A stretch of 64,000 nucleotides of DNA from Candidatus Eiseniibacteriota bacterium (GCA_963725865.1 CAVSAC010000010.1:451736-515735); one strand, 5' to 3'. Positions 9,175-20,208 are shown, counted from the stretch's first letter. Program-made: numbers and translations. The notes: a model not told the origin generated them from the sequence alone.

Positions 9175-11651
9175 TCATCGTGCCGCTCCCGTGGCGCGCC
9201 GCTGGGCGCGCGCCCGCTCCCACGCGGCCCGCGCATCGGTCTCCTTCAGCAGGCCGAGCACCCGCGGCGGATGGAACGGGAGCCGCTGACAACGGATGCC
9301 GAGCGCGTCGTGGATGGCGTTCGCGATCGCGGGGATGCTCGGATGCAGCGGCCCTTCGCCCGCCTCCTTGGCGCCGTAGGGACCCTCGGGGTCCACCGAC
9401 TCGACGATGAACGACTCCAGCGCTGGGGTATCGAGCGTGGTCGGGATGCGGTAGTCGAGCAGCGAGGGACCGTGGTGGATCCCCGGTCCGTGTCCGGGGG
9501 CGGCGGGCTTGAACGCCTGCTCCTCGAACAGCGCCTCGCCGAAGCCCATGTAGGCGCTGCCCTCCATCTGCCCTTCGACCGTGACCGGGTTGAGCGCGCG
9601 CCCGCAGTCGTGCGCGACCCAGATGTGCGTGACGTCGACGAAGCCGGTCTCGGGGTCGCATTCCACCTCGGCGACGTGCGCGGTGAACGAGTAGGCGGGC
9701 GAGGCGCCGATGGTGCCGCCGCGGTAGTCGCCGCCCAGCCGGGGGCTCTGGTACCAGCCCACCGCGCCGAGCGTGCCGTGACGCGCCTCCGCCAGCTGGA
9801 ACGCCTCCCGCACGCTCATGCTGGCGCGCTGCGGGTCGCGGGTGTTGCACGCGACTCCCTGCGCGAGCGCGACCTCGCCGGGAGCGCAGCCCCAGCGCTC
9901 CGCGAGCGCATCGGCGACGCGCTCGCGCACCGTGCGCGCGGCGTCGAGGCAGGCGTTGCCGGCCATGAACGTCTCGCGGCTGGAGTACGAGCCGAGGTCC
10001 ACCGGGGTGAGATCGGTATCGGCAGCCACCACGCGCACGTCACCGAGCTCGAGCCCCAGCTCCTCGCAAACGATCAGCGCGAGCATCGAGTCGCTGCCCT
10101 GGCCGATGTCGGAGGCGCCGCAGAACACCGTGGCGCGCCCGCTGCGGTCGACCTTGAGCTGCACCGCGCTCTGCGGCATCTCGTTCGGGTAGATGCAGTA
10201 GTTGGTGCCGCTGATGTACATGCTGCCGGCGACCCCGACCCCGCGGCCGTAGGGCATCCGGCGAAACTTCTCCTTCCAGCCCGAGGCGCGCTCCACCGCG
10301 TCGAGGCACTCGAGGAAGCCGTTCGAGGTGATGCGCATGCCGTTGACGGTGCGCGTGTGCTCGCCGATGGAGTTGCGCCGGCGCACCTCGATCGGATCGA
10401 GCCCGGCGGCCTCGGCGAGCCGGTCGATCTGGCACTCGAACGCGAACCGCGGCTGCACCGAGCCGTGGCCGCGCTTGGGCCCGCAGCACGGCTTGTTCGT
10501 GAACACGCGGGTCGAGTCAAAGTGGTAGGCGCCGATCCGGTAGGGCGCGGTCAGCAGTTGGCCCGAGTAATACGTGGTCACCAGTCCGAACGAGGAGTAC
10601 GCGCCGCCGTCGAGCTGGATGCGCGCGTCGACGCCGGTCAGCGTGCCGTCGCGCTGCATGCCGGTGCGGTAGTGCAGCCGCATCGGGTGACGCCCGCGGT
10701 GCGCGTAGAAGACCTCCTCGCGGGTGTAGAGGATCTTGACCGGCCGCCCAGTCTGCATCGAGAGCCTCGCGGCGCAGAACTCGAGCGAGAACGGCTCGCT
10801 CTTGCCGCCGAACGCCCCGCCGATCACCGGCTGGATCACGCGCACGCGCTGGGTCGGCAGTCCCAGCACCTTCGCGAGGTCGCGGTGCAGGTAGTGCGCG
10901 ACCTGGGTGCTGGACCAGACCGTGAGCAGTCCGCTCGGGTCGAAGTCCGCCACGCAGCAGTGCGGCTCGATCGCCGCGTGGGTGGAGCCCTCGTACCAGT
11001 ACTCGGCCTCGACCACGTGGTCGCTCGCGGCCAGCGCCGCGTCGGTGTCGCCGAACGACAGCTCCACGTGCTTGGAGATGTTGCCCTCGCGCACGTGGTC
11101 GTGGAGCTTGCGCTCGGGATGACCGAGCGCCTCGTCGATCGAGGTCACCGCTGGTAGCACCTCGTAGTCCACGCGGACCAGCGCCAGCGCCTCCTCGGCC
11201 AGCCGCTCGGAATCGGCCGCCACCGCGGCGACCGCGTCGCCGACGTAGCGCACCCGGTCCTCGCACAGCGCCTGCTCGTCCTCGGTCCACGGGATGATGC
11301 CGTAGCGGATCGGCAGGTCGCGTCCGGTGATGACCGCGCGCACGCCCGGCAGCGCGAGCGCCGCGGAGGCATCGATCGCCAGGATGCGCGCGTGCGCGTG
11401 GGGGCTGCGCAGCAGCTTGGCGTGCAGCATGCGCGGCAGCACCAGGTCGTCGGCGTAGACCGCGCGCCCGGTGACCTTGGCGAGCCCCTCGATCTTGCGG
11501 TTGCGGCGCCCCACCACCGCGAACGATCCGTTGGGCGGCGCGCTGCGGCCCCCGGGCCACGCCGGCGGGCTCAGGCGCTCCTCGCGGGGCATCTGGCGGC
11601 CGACCGGCACCGCCATGTCCGGGCGTGCGGCGCCTTCGTGCTCGCCGTCGC

Positions 11652-11655
<4 letters not shown>
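9175..11655 (-). CDS. Mo-hydroxylase molybdopterin-binding large subunit (xanthine dehydrogenase/aldehyde oxidase family)
   Basis: ~826 aa from MSDGEHEG. Contains the KVTGRAVYADD N-terminal a/b-hammerhead and the GGAFGGK motif. The active-site loop reads PCCGPKRGHGS, neither the CODH form I VAYRCSFR nor the form II AYRGAGR. Its ATG overlaps the small-subunit stop. Confidence 0.85.
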
Positions 11656-12143
<488 letters not shown>

Positions 12144-12291
12144 CTCGCGCGGGCCGGGCGGTATCCACAGCAGGACCGTGCGATTGAAGCCGCTCGGCGC
12201 GCGGGTGTCAACGCGCCGGAACCTCGCGGACCGCCGCGCGACCGCGGGCGACTTGCGGGGCCTCCACGCCGCGGTCCACAATCACATCCGC

Positions 12292-13551
12292 ATGGACCCG
12301 TCGAATCCACATCCGGCCTCTCTGTGGTGGGTCGATCCCGGACCACCGTTCGCCACGCTGTCCGGCGAGCTCGACGCCGACGTCGTGATCCTCGGCGGCG
12401 GCATCAGCGGCATCACCCTCGCCCATACGATCGCGGAGCAGGGCGGGACCGTGATCCTGCTGGATGTCGGGCCGCTCGCGGGCGCCGCCAGCGGTCGCAA
12501 CGCCGGTTTCTTGCTCGCGATGCCGGCCGAACCCTACAGCGAGGGCATCGCTCTGTGGGGCCGCGCCGGCGCCCGCGCGGTGCTGGAGACCGGACGACGC
12601 TCGCACCAGCGCGTGCGTTCGCTGGTCGAGTCGCTGGGCCTCGATTGCGACTACCAGGCCCGCGGCTCCTACCGCCTCGCGCGCACCGAGGAGGAGGCCG
12701 AGGATCTGCGCGCCTCGCTCCCGCTGATGCACGCGGACGGGTTCGCGATGCGCGAGGTGCCGGCGATCGAGGCGCTCCCGAACCCGGCGGTCGCCGCGCG
12801 CTTCGTCGCCGCGTTCGAGGTGGCCGAGGACGGTGAGATCCACCCGGTGCGATTCCTCCACGGCGTCGCGCGGGCGGCGATCCAGCGCGGCGCCCGGCTG
12901 TTCGAGCACTCGCCCGCGCTGGGCGCGCGCTGGCAGGGCGGACTCTGGGAGGTGCGCGCGGAACGCGGCGTCGCGCGCGCGCGCGCGCTGGTGCTGGCGA
13001 CCAACGCGTACGCCCCGCGGCTCTGCCCCGGGCTCGGCGCCCTCATCCAACCGCGGCGCGGGCAGATGCTCAGCACCGCGCCGATCGGCCGCGCGATCTC
13101 GACCCGGCCCGTCTATGCGCACTGGGGCTACCAGTACTGGCGCCAGCTCGCCGATGGGCGGCTGGTGATCGGTGGCTGGCGCGACGTCGACCTCGACGGC
13201 GAGACCGGCTTCGGCGACGAACCCACGGCGCGCATCCAGTCGGCGATCGAGCGCGGACTCGCGGAGCTGGTGCCCGAGGGGATCGCGATCGAGCGCCGCT
13301 GGGCGGGCACGATGGGCTTCGCGCGCGATGGCCGCCCGTTGGTGGGCTGGCTCGACGCGCAGCATCACCTCGCGATCTGCGCCGGCTTCACCGGCCACGG
13401 CATGGGCATGGCCGCCGCATGTACCGTCGACCTCGCGCAGGTGTTGGCGTTCCGCCGCGCGCCCGGGATCGAGACCTACGACCCGTCGCGCTTCCCCGAA
13501 CTGCGCGCGACCCGCGACGGCGTCACGGCATTGGGCACCGCGAGCGGCTGA
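12292..13551 (+). CDS. FAD-dependent oxidoreductase (DAO family; sarcosine/D-amino-acid oxidase-like)
   Basis: VVILGGGISGITLA...GRNAGF is the dinucleotide-binding motif. ~420 aa. Internal ATG (MDPSNPHP) of track ORF 11716..13551. Confidence 0.7.
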   Translation: MDPSNPHPASLWWVDPGPPFATLSGELDADVVILGGGISGITLAHTIAEQGGTVILLDVGPLAGAASGRNAGFLLAMPAEPYSEGIALWGRAGARAVLETGRRSHQRVRSLVESLGLDCDYQARGSYRLARTEEEAEDLRASLPLMHADGFAMREVPAIEALPNPAVAARFVAAFEVAEDGEIHPVRFLHGVARAAIQRGARLFEHSPALGARWQGGLWEVRAERGVARARALVLATNAYAPRLCPGLGALIQPRRGQMLSTAPIGRAISTRPVYAHWGYQYWRQLADGRLVIGGWRDVDLDGETGFGDEPTARIQSAIERGLAELVPEGIAIERRWAGTMGFARDGRPLVGWLDAQHHLAICAGFTGHGMGMAAACTVDLAQVLAFRRAPGIETYDPSRFPELRATRDGVTALGTASG

Positions 13552-13698
13552 GGCTCGGCGCGCCCGATCGACTCCGATCCCGGTCGCTCACGGAGCTTCA
13601 CGCCCCTTCTCGCGGCGCGCTATACTGCGTCCGCCTTCATGCACTCCGCCCTTCTGACGACCATTCGGCGCCCGTCGGCGCCAGGGAGACGCCGCGAT

Positions 13699-15090
13699 AT
13701 GGAACTCAAGACGCTCGATGAAATCCGCATTGCCGCCGCCGCGATCGCCACCGGGAATGGTGATGCGCTCGATCGCCTCGTATGGACCGGTGTGTTCGGC
13801 GCGGTCGAGTTGCGCGACGCCGCGCGGGCCGCGGTGCTGGGCCAGTGCCGCTCGGCCGACATCTATCCGGCCTCGATCCACGGCGTGTACACCGCCCGCG
13901 GCCGTGGCGAGGCCCCGTGCGACTTCACGGTTCCCGCGATCAACATCCGCGGCCTCGCCTACGACACCGCCCGCGCACTGATGCGCGCGCGCAAGGCGCT
14001 GGATGCGGGCGCGGTGATCTGCGAGATCGCGCGCTCCGAGATCGTGTACACCGATCAGCGTCCCGCCGAGTACGTCTTCGTCGTGATGGCCGCCGCGCTG
14101 CGCGAGGGCGTTCAGGGTCCGTTGTTCATCCAGGGCGACCACTTCCAGGTGAACGCCAAGAAGTACGCCGCCGACCCGGCCGCCGAGCTGAAGGCGGTCA
14201 AGGACATCACCGCGCAGGGGATCGTGGCGGGCTTCTACAACATCGACGTGGACACCTCGACGCTGGTCGATCTCTCGAAGGACGGTCACGAGGCACAGCA
14301 GCAGCTCAACGGCGGACTGTGCGCCGAGCTGACGGCGTACATCCGCCAGATCGAGCCGCGGAGCGTGACGGTGTCGGTGGGCGGCGAGATCGGCGAGGTG
14401 GGGTCCAAGAACTCGACGCCCGAAGAGCTCGACGCGTTCATGAAGGTCTACCAGGCGGCACTCGCGAAGCACGCCCCGGGCAAGCCCGGCATCAGCAAGA
14501 TCTCGATCCAGACCGGCACCTCGCACGGCGGCGTGCCGCTTCCGGACGGCACGATCGCGCAGGTCAAGATCGACTTCGACGCGATCGACCGCATCTCCAA
14601 GCTCGCGCGCGAGCGGTATGCGATGGGCGGCGCGGTGCAGCACGGCGCCTCGACCCTGCCGGCCGAGCTGTTCGACCGCTTCCCGGCGCTGGGCGCCTGC
14701 GAGATCCACCTGGCGACCGAGTTCCAGAACATGCTGTTCGACCACCCCGCGTTCCCGGCGGAGCTCAAGCAGGCGATCTACGCGAAGCTGCGCGAGACCG
14801 ACGCGGGCGACCGCAAGGCGACCGACACCGACGAGCAGTTCTTCTACAAGACTCGCAAGAAGGCGACCGGCGCCTGGAAGCGCCAGCTGTGGTCGCTGCC
14901 CGCCGACGTGCGCGGCGCGATCGGCAAGTCGCTCGAGGACAAGTTCCGGTTCCTGCTCCAGAAGCTGCGCGTCAACGGCACCGCGGCGATGGCGGCGAAG
15001 TTCGCACCGTACGTCGAGGGCAGCTTCCCGAGCCTCGGGGCCGCGCTCGTCGCGCACGCGCCCGAGGACGTCTCGGGGCTGTCGGACTGA
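13699..15090 (+). CDS. Class II (metal-dependent) fructose/ketose-bisphosphate aldolase family, long form
   Basis: The SIQTGTSHGG motif matches the class II aldolase GTSHG signature. ~460 aa. It is directly followed by a class-1 FBPase. Confidence 0.55.
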   Translation: MELKTLDEIRIAAAAIATGNGDALDRLVWTGVFGAVELRDAARAAVLGQCRSADIYPASIHGVYTARGRGEAPCDFTVPAINIRGLAYDTARALMRARKALDAGAVICEIARSEIVYTDQRPAEYVFVVMAAALREGVQGPLFIQGDHFQVNAKKYAADPAAELKAVKDITAQGIVAGFYNIDVDTSTLVDLSKDGHEAQQQLNGGLCAELTAYIRQIEPRSVTVSVGGEIGEVGSKNSTPEELDAFMKVYQAALAKHAPGKPGISKISIQTGTSHGGVPLPDGTIAQVKIDFDAIDRISKLARERYAMGGAVQHGASTLPAELFDRFPALGACEIHLATEFQNMLFDHPAFPAELKQAIYAKLRETDAGDRKATDTDEQFFYKTRKKATGAWKRQLWSLPADVRGAIGKSLEDKFRFLLQKLRVNGTAAMAAKFAPYVEGSFPSLGAALVAHAPEDVSGLSD

Positions 15091-15109
15091 GCCGGCCGCG
15101 AGCTCGACC

Positions 15110-16150
15110 GTGGACCACCGCGCCGTCACGCTGCACCAGTTCGTGCTCCAGCAGGAGCGGCTGCATCCCGGAGCGACCGGGGAGTTCACCGGCGTGCTCA
15201 TCGACATCGCGCTCGCGGCCAAGCTGATCAACCGCGAGGTGGTGCGCGCCGGACTGGTCGACATCCTGGGCTACACCGGGAGCTCGAACGTCCACGGCGA
15301 GAAGGTGCAGAAGCTGGACCGCTTCGCCCACGAGACCATCTACCGCGTGCTGGGCTCGACCGGCCAGCTCGCGGTACTGGCCTCGGAGGAGGACGAGAAC
15401 GTCATCCACGTGCCCGAGGACCAGCCGATCGGCAAGTACGTGGTGAACTTCGATCCGCTCGACGGGTCCTCGAACATCAACGCGAATGTGAACATCGGGA
15501 CGATCTTCTCGATCCTCCCGCGCGTCACCAGCGGCGGGGGCGGGGCGCTGCGCGACTGCCTGCAGCCGGGCTCGCACCAGGTCTGCGCGGGATACGTGAT
15601 GTACGGCTCGAGCACCATGCTGGTCTACACCACCGGCCAGGGCGTCCACGGATTCACGTACGAGCCGAGCGTGGGCGAGTTCCTGCTGTCGCATGCCGCG
15701 ATCCGCACGCCGCGGCGTGGGCGCATCTACAGCGTGAACGAGGGCAACTACGTCCACTGGGACGACGGCGTCAAGCGCTACGTCGACTGGCTCAAGGGCG
15801 ACGACGCCGCGACCGGACGACCCTACAGCGCCCGCTACGTGGGCTCGCTGGTGGCGGACTTCCACCGCAATCTGCTCTACGGCGGCATCTACCTGTATCC
15901 CGCCGACGGCAAGAGCGCGCGGGGCAAGCTGCGCGTGCTCTACGAGTGCGCGCCGCTCGCCTTCATCGCCGAGCAGGCCGGAGGCGCCGCCAGCGACGGC
16001 CACCGCCGCATCATGGAGCTGGAGCCCGAGACGCTGCACGAGCGCACGCCGCTGTTCCTCGGCAGCTGCGAGGACGTTGCAGAGTGCGAGCGCTTCGTGC
16101 AGGGCCACCACCCGGCGATCACCCAGGACCGGCGCGCCCGGCACACCTAG
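15110..16150 (+). CDS. fbp: Fructose-1,6-bisphosphatase class 1
   Basis: ...GEFTGVLIDIALAAKLI...FDPLDGSSNID-like NFDPLDGSSNINANVNIGTIF...YGGIYLYP are canonical FBPase I motifs. GTG start within track ORF 14618..16150. Confidence 0.8.
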   Translation: MDHRAVTLHQFVLQQERLHPGATGEFTGVLIDIALAAKLINREVVRAGLVDILGYTGSSNVHGEKVQKLDRFAHETIYRVLGSTGQLAVLASEEDENVIHVPEDQPIGKYVVNFDPLDGSSNINANVNIGTIFSILPRVTSGGGGALRDCLQPGSHQVCAGYVMYGSSTMLVYTTGQGVHGFTYEPSVGEFLLSHAAIRTPRRGRIYSVNEGNYVHWDDGVKRYVDWLKGDDAATGRPYSARYVGSLVADFHRNLLYGGIYLYPADGKSARGKLRVLYECAPLAFIAEQAGGAASDGHRRIMELEPETLHERTPLFLGSCEDVAECERFVQGHHPAITQDRRARHT

Positions 16151-16177
16151 CGGCCGCGGGCCTCCCGAGCGTTCGAG

Positions 16178-16634
16178 CTACTGGTCGCCCGGCGGCCACA
16201 GCGAGGCCACCCGCCAGCGGATCTCGTCCCGCACGTCGCGGAACACGCGCTCGGCCTCCTGCGCGCTCGCGCGCGACGGGTCGGGCAGCGGCCAGTGCAC
16301 CTTCCGCACCAGCGGGCCGACCGCGGGGCACACCTCGTCGCTCTCGCCGCACAGCGTGACGACGGTGTCCGCCTGATCCCAGGGCACCTGGTCGAGCGGC
16401 TTGGAGTGCTGACCGCCGAGGTCGATATCCACCTCGGCCATGACGTGGATCGCCATTGGATGCACCTTCCCGGGCCGGGTGCCGGCGCTCCACACCTCGA
16501 CGCCGACCGGTGCCATGGTGCGCGCGAAGCCTTCGGCCATCTGACTGCGGGCGGCGTTGTGGAGGCAGATGAACACCACGCGCTGCGGCGGCGCCGTGAT
16601 GAAGGCGGGTGGGCGGACAGGCGACTCGGACATC
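16178..16634 (-). CDS. arsC: Arsenate reductase, LMW-PTP (thioredoxin-coupled ArsC) family
   Basis: The CLHNAARSQMAEG P-loop (C-X5-R-S) and downstream Cys pair match this family. Internal ATG (MSESPV) of ORF 16178..16702. Confidence 0.7.
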
Positions 16635-16714
16635 GAACCTCCGTGAGGGCCGGCGTGACGGCGCACGACGCACTGTAGCGCATCGGCCCCCGCGCGCCGC
16701 AAGGCGCGACGCGA

Positions 16715-17524
16715 TCAGGCCAACACGCCCTGGCGGCGCAGCAGCTCCTGCATGAGCTTCGCGCTCCGCGCTGCCTGTCCGGCGTGGCAGTTGTTGAAGA
16801 ACACGTAGGTCTGGCGCGACTGCCGCGCGAGCTCGGCGATGCGCGCGGTCCACTCGCCGAGTTCGCGCTCCGAGTAGTCGTAGTCGTAGCGGTCCCCCCC
16901 GCCGCGGCCCCACCAGTTGGCGGCGTTGCGGCCATGGAAGCGCACGTAGGAGGTGTCGGTGGTGCGCAGGGCGAGTGGAGGCATGAGGCCGGGCAGCGCG
17001 GGCTCGTCCACCGCGCAGTAGCCGATGCCGAGCCGGCCGAGCAGCTCGCCGAGCCCCGGGGCGGCCCACGAGTCGTGGCGGAACTCGGCGAACAGCGGGC
17101 CGTCCGGGAAGCGCTCGCGCAATGCCGCGAGGTGCGCCTCGTGCTCGCGCGTACGGCGGAACGCCCACGGGAACTGGGCCAGCAGCCCGTCGTACTTGCC
17201 GGCGGCCTGCAGGGGCGCGATCGCGGCGAGGAACTCGCGCACCTGCGACGCGTCGAGCGATCCCTCGTGCGTGAAGGACTGGTGGAGCTTCACCACGAAC
17301 CGGAATCCGTCCGGGGTCTTGCGCTCCATCTGCTCGAGTACGCGCGGATGCGGGATGCGGTAATAGGTCGCGTTCACCTCGACCCCGTCGAAGTGCTCGG
17401 AGTAGTGGCGCAGGAAGTCGGCCGGCCGGGTCCCGGGCGGATAGAACGGTCCGACCCAGTCGGCGAACGAGTAGCCCGATGTGCCGATCAGCACGCCACC
17501 GGTCCCCACGGGCGCTGCCATCAT
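16715..17524 (-). CDS. DUF72 (UPF0759/YecE-like) family protein
   Basis: MMAAPVGTGGVLIGTSGYSFADWVGPFYP...YVRFHGRN...YVFFNN is the DUF72 signature. GGGAGGG RBS. Its ATG overlaps the dinB stop (ATGA). Confidence 0.7.
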   Translation of the reverse strand: MMAAPVGTGGVLIGTSGYSFADWVGPFYPPGTRPADFLRHYSEHFDGVEVNATYYRIPHPRVLEQMERKTPDGFRFVVKLHQSFTHEGSLDASQVREFLAAIAPLQAAGKYDGLLAQFPWAFRRTREHEAHLAALRERFPDGPLFAEFRHDSWAAPGLGELLGRLGIGYCAVDEPALPGLMPPLALRTTDTSYVRFHGRNAANWWGRGGGDRYDYDYSERELGEWTARIAELARQSRQTYVFFNNCHAGQAARSAKLMQELLRRQGVLA

Positions 17525-18777
17525 CCCTCCCGCTGAGATCCGCCGTGGGGCGGACGCGTCGCGGCGCGCCGCGCCTGTTCGCGGGCGGCTCCAAACGGCA
17601 CGTGCCCGAGGGTATGCCGATGCGTGAGCGAGCCGGCCGGGACCACCGCGGACTCTCCGAGGCGGTCGCGCACGCGATCGAGGGCTTCGAGCAGGCGGCG
17701 CGCGCGATCGTCGGTCTCGAACAGCTCCGACTGGGGTGCGTCGGGACGCTGCACCAGGCCCGCCACGCTCACACCGATGAGGCGCACCGGCGTGCCCCGC
17801 CAGTTGGAGTGCAGCAGCGCGCGCGCGACCTCGAACACGCGAGCGCCGTCGTCGGTCACCGGAGTCAGCACCCGCTGCCGGGTGATGGTGCGGAACCGAT
17901 GATCGCGCAGCTTGAGCGCCACCGTGGCGCCCAGGAACCCCTCGCCCCGCAGACGGCGCGCGACCTGATCCGAGAGTCGCAACAGCGTCCCTTCGAGGAA
18001 CGCGGGGTCGTCGCAATCCTCGGGCAGCGTGACTTCGTGCCCCATCGACTTGGGATCGACTCCCTCGTGGTACGGCACCAGCGGCGTCGCGTCGTTTCCG
18101 TGCGCCGCCTCGCGCAGGTGCTCGCCCACCACGCCGAACTCCGAACGCAGGATCGGCAGTGGAGCGCGCGCCAGATCCCCGATGGTCGAGATCCCGAGCA
18201 CGCGCAAGCGCTCCGCGAGCCGCGGCCCGACCCCCCACAGCTCCTGCACGTCCAACGGCCAGAATCGGGTGCGGAACGCGGGAGCGTCGAGCACCGTGAG
18301 TCCGCGCGGCTTGGAGACTCCGGAGGCCATCTTGGCGATCAGCTTGTTGGGGCCCACGCCGATCGAGGCCGACAGCTGGAAGCGCGCCGTGATCTCGTCC
18401 TGGAGCACGCGCGCCAGCAGTTCCCCCTCGAGGAGGGAGTCGCGGCTGCCCGCCAGGCCCACGAACGCCTCGTCGACGCTGAACGGCTCCACGTCGGGGG
18501 TGTGCTCGAGATAGAGCTCGAGCAAGCGCAGCGAGATCTCGACGTACTTCGAGGGATCGCCCTCGACGCATTCCGCCTGGGGGCAGAGGCGCCGCGCCTC
18601 GGCGAGCGGCATGCCGGCGTGCACGCCGAACGGACGCGCCTCGTACGACGCCGCGGTGACGACGCCGCGCCGCTGAGGGTCGCCGCACACGATCACCGGC
18701 AGGCCGCGCAGGTGCGGATGGTGCGCCTGCTCGACCGATGCGAAGAAGGCATCCATGTCCACCAGCAGCAGGGTCAC
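17521..18777 (-). CDS. dinB: DNA polymerase IV (Y-family)
   Basis: ...LLLVDMDAFFASVEQ...SIGVGPNKLIAKMASG... are DinB motifs. GTG start within track ORF 17521..18990. Confidence 0.85.
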   Translation of the reverse strand: MTLLLVDMDAFFASVEQAHHPHLRGLPVIVCGDPQRRGVVTAASYEARPFGVHAGMPLAEARRLCPQAECVEGDPSKYVEISLRLLELYLEHTPDVEPFSVDEAFVGLAGSRDSLLEGELLARVLQDEITARFQLSASIGVGPNKLIAKMASGVSKPRGLTVLDAPAFRTRFWPLDVQELWGVGPRLAERLRVLGISTIGDLARAPLPILRSEFGVVGEHLREAAHGNDATPLVPYHEGVDPKSMGHEVTLPEDCDDPAFLEGTLLRLSDQVARRLRGEGFLGATVALKLRDHRFRTITRQRVLTPVTDDGARVFEVARALLHSNWRGTPVRLIGVSVAGLVQRPDAPQSELFETDDRARRLLEALDRVRDRLGESAVVPAGSLTHRHTLGHVPFGAAREQARRAATRPPHGGSQREG

Positions 18778-18778
18778 G

Positions 18779-19039
18779 TCAGCCTCCGTCGCCTCCGCAC
18801 CACACCCGGGTGAGGGTCCAGCTCGGACCGCGCGGGTCGTAGCACAGCTCGTAGCTCTCCTCCGCCGGACCGTCGACCGAGAAGCAGCGCAGCAAGGTCT
18901 GCCCATCGCGCCGCGTCCAGTGGCCGTTGACGCGCCGGATCGCCACGACGCTTCCCCGCCGGCGGAACCTGAGCGGGCGCATGGATCCATCGACGAACGC
19001 GGTCAGCACGTCGACCGGCTCGTGCAGGCTCTCGAACAT
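18779..19039 (-). CDS. Hypothetical small protein (86 aa) immediately upstream of dinB
   Basis: ATG within track ORF 18779..19201 (MFESLHEPVDVLTAFVDG...). GC3 is strongly biased. The stop lies 1 nt before the dinB GTG. No family recognised. Confidence 0.3.
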   Translation of the reverse strand: MFESLHEPVDVLTAFVDGSMRPLRFRRRGSVVAIRRVNGHWTRRDGQTLLRCFSVDGPAEESYELCYDPRGPSWTLTRVWCGGDGG

Positions 19040-19067
19040 GTCGTGATCGGCACCGCAGACACCGTAC

Positions 19068-19081
19068 TGCACATTCGTGCA
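19068..19081. promoter_or_regulatory. Perfect 14-bp palindrome TGCACATTCGTGCA, ~29 nt upstream of the small ORF/dinB operon start; candidate operator
   Basis: Read directly from the sequence. The position is appropriate for a repressor site overlapping the promoter of a DNA-damage polymerase operon. Confidence 0.25.
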
Positions 19082-19186
19082 TCTCACAAGAGCGAAACCA
19101 CGGGCCGCCGTGCTCACGCGTGCGATCAGCGGGATCGATGCCGCGGCGCGACGAAAGGATCGAGGAGCGTCTCCTGGCGCAACGCG

Positions 19187-19215
19187 CGGGGGCGGGCGCA
19201 ACGCGCCCGCCCCCG
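19187..19215. terminator. 13-bp GC stem / 3-nt loop hairpin downstream of the NHL-repeat gene
   Basis: CGGGGGCGGGCGC-AAC-GCGCCCGCCCCCG lies just past the NHL gene stop at 19240. Confidence 0.3.
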
Positions 19216-19239
19216 GTGCACTTCCATTCGACCGTCAGA

Positions 19240-20208
19240 TCAACGATAGAGCGACTTCACACGCCCCCACGTCATCGTCTCGGTCGGCGTGACCGGGTCG
19301 CCGAACTTCTCGACGCGGCTGTTGTTCCGGTCCGCCACGAAGATGTGACCGAACGTGTCCGTGGTGACCCCCAGCGGGATGTTGAATTCGTCGTCGTTGA
19401 GGCCGGGGACGCCCCACTTGACCAGGAACGTGCCCGCACTCGAGAACTCCTGGATGCGATTGTTGGACTGATCGCAGACATAGATGTTCCCGCCATTGTC
19501 CACGTGCGGAGCACCCGGGTTCTGAAACTGCCCGTCGCCCGTTCCGGCGGAGCCGAACGCGAACAGGAACGCCCCCGTCGGGGAGAAGACCTGGATCCGG
19601 TTGTTGACCATGTCCGCCACGACCACGTTGCCCGAGGTCGGGTCCACCGCGACGCCGTACGGGAACCGGAACTGCCCGGGGCCCGACCCGACAGTGCCCC
19701 ACTTCATGATGAACGTGCCGTCGTTCGCGAACTTCTGCACCCGGTGATTGAAGTAGTCGGTGACGTAGACGTCGCCCGTGGTCTGATCGACCGCCACTCC
19801 GGTCGCCTTGCGGAAGAGGCCGTTGCCCGTCCCGGTGCCGCCGAACGCGTTGAACGCGATTCCATCGGGACCCAGGACGTAGACCGCGTCGTCCACGCCG
19901 TCGGCGACGAAGACGTTGCCCGCAGCGTCGCAGGACAGCGCGGTCGGCTGGGTGATGTCGCCGTCCCCGCCGGACATGATGAACGCACCATTGGTGGAGA
20001 ACTGCTGAATGCGGGCGCCGCCGAAGTCACCGACCCAGAGCTCACCGGTCGGCGCGCGGGTGATCCCCTGCGCGAACTGGAACTGCCCGTCCGCGGCCCC
20101 CAGCGACCCCCAGGTGGAAATGAAGATCGGCGGTGTCACGGCACTGGCCAACGAAGCGATCATCAATGCGACTGCGGTCGCAATTCCAATTCGAGTGACC
20201 TTTTTCAT
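19240..20208 (-). CDS. Secreted NHL-repeat beta-propeller protein
   Basis: Signal peptide MKKVTRIGIATAVALMIASLASA. Repeated units follow (GQFQFAQGI..., GLFRKATGVAVD..., GQFRFPYGVAVD..., GQFQNPGAPHVD..., DEFNIPLGVTTD...). Local GC is noticeably lower than in the flanks. Confidence 0.65.
   Translation of the reverse strand: MKKVTRIGIATAVALMIASLASAVTPPIFISTWGSLGAADGQFQFAQGITRAPTGELWVGDFGGARIQQFSTNGAFIMSGGDGDITQPTALSCDAAGNVFVADGVDDAVYVLGPDGIAFNAFGGTGTGNGLFRKATGVAVDQTTGDVYVTDYFNHRVQKFANDGTFIMKWGTVGSGPGQFRFPYGVAVDPTSGNVVVADMVNNRIQVFSPTGAFLFAFGSAGTGDGQFQNPGAPHVDNGGNIYVCDQSNNRIQEFSSAGTFLVKWGVPGLNDDEFNIPLGVTTDTFGHIFVADRNNSRVEKFGDPVTPTETMTWGRVKSLYR

Noticed and set aside
9040-9310. Apparent single-base discrepancies when hand-translating coxM and coxL. 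An extra G appears at ~9060/9061 and a missing base at ~9300/9301, both at sequence-line boundaries, which would frameshift these genes.
   Set aside because: The ORF track reads straight through both genes with sensible protein sequence, so these are most likely my transcription errors at line breaks rather than real frameshifts. Not reported as pseudogenes.
13588-15264. Long minus-strand ORF (558 aa) antisense to the aldolase gene. Similar long antisense or out-of-frame ORFs occur at 223..1266, 972..1880, 3501..5018, 3914..5005, 5079..6089, 6670..8280, 8797..11157, 12208..13398, 19120..20232, 20483..22741, 20563..23070, 32288..37099, 34237..39087, 36814..39042, 38883..41627, 42528..44039 and 62095..63414.
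   Set aside because: Their translations are Arg/Gly/Ala/Pro-rich low-complexity sequence typical of shadow ORFs in ~70% GC DNA. Each overlaps a gene whose product has clear family-level similarity on another strand or frame.
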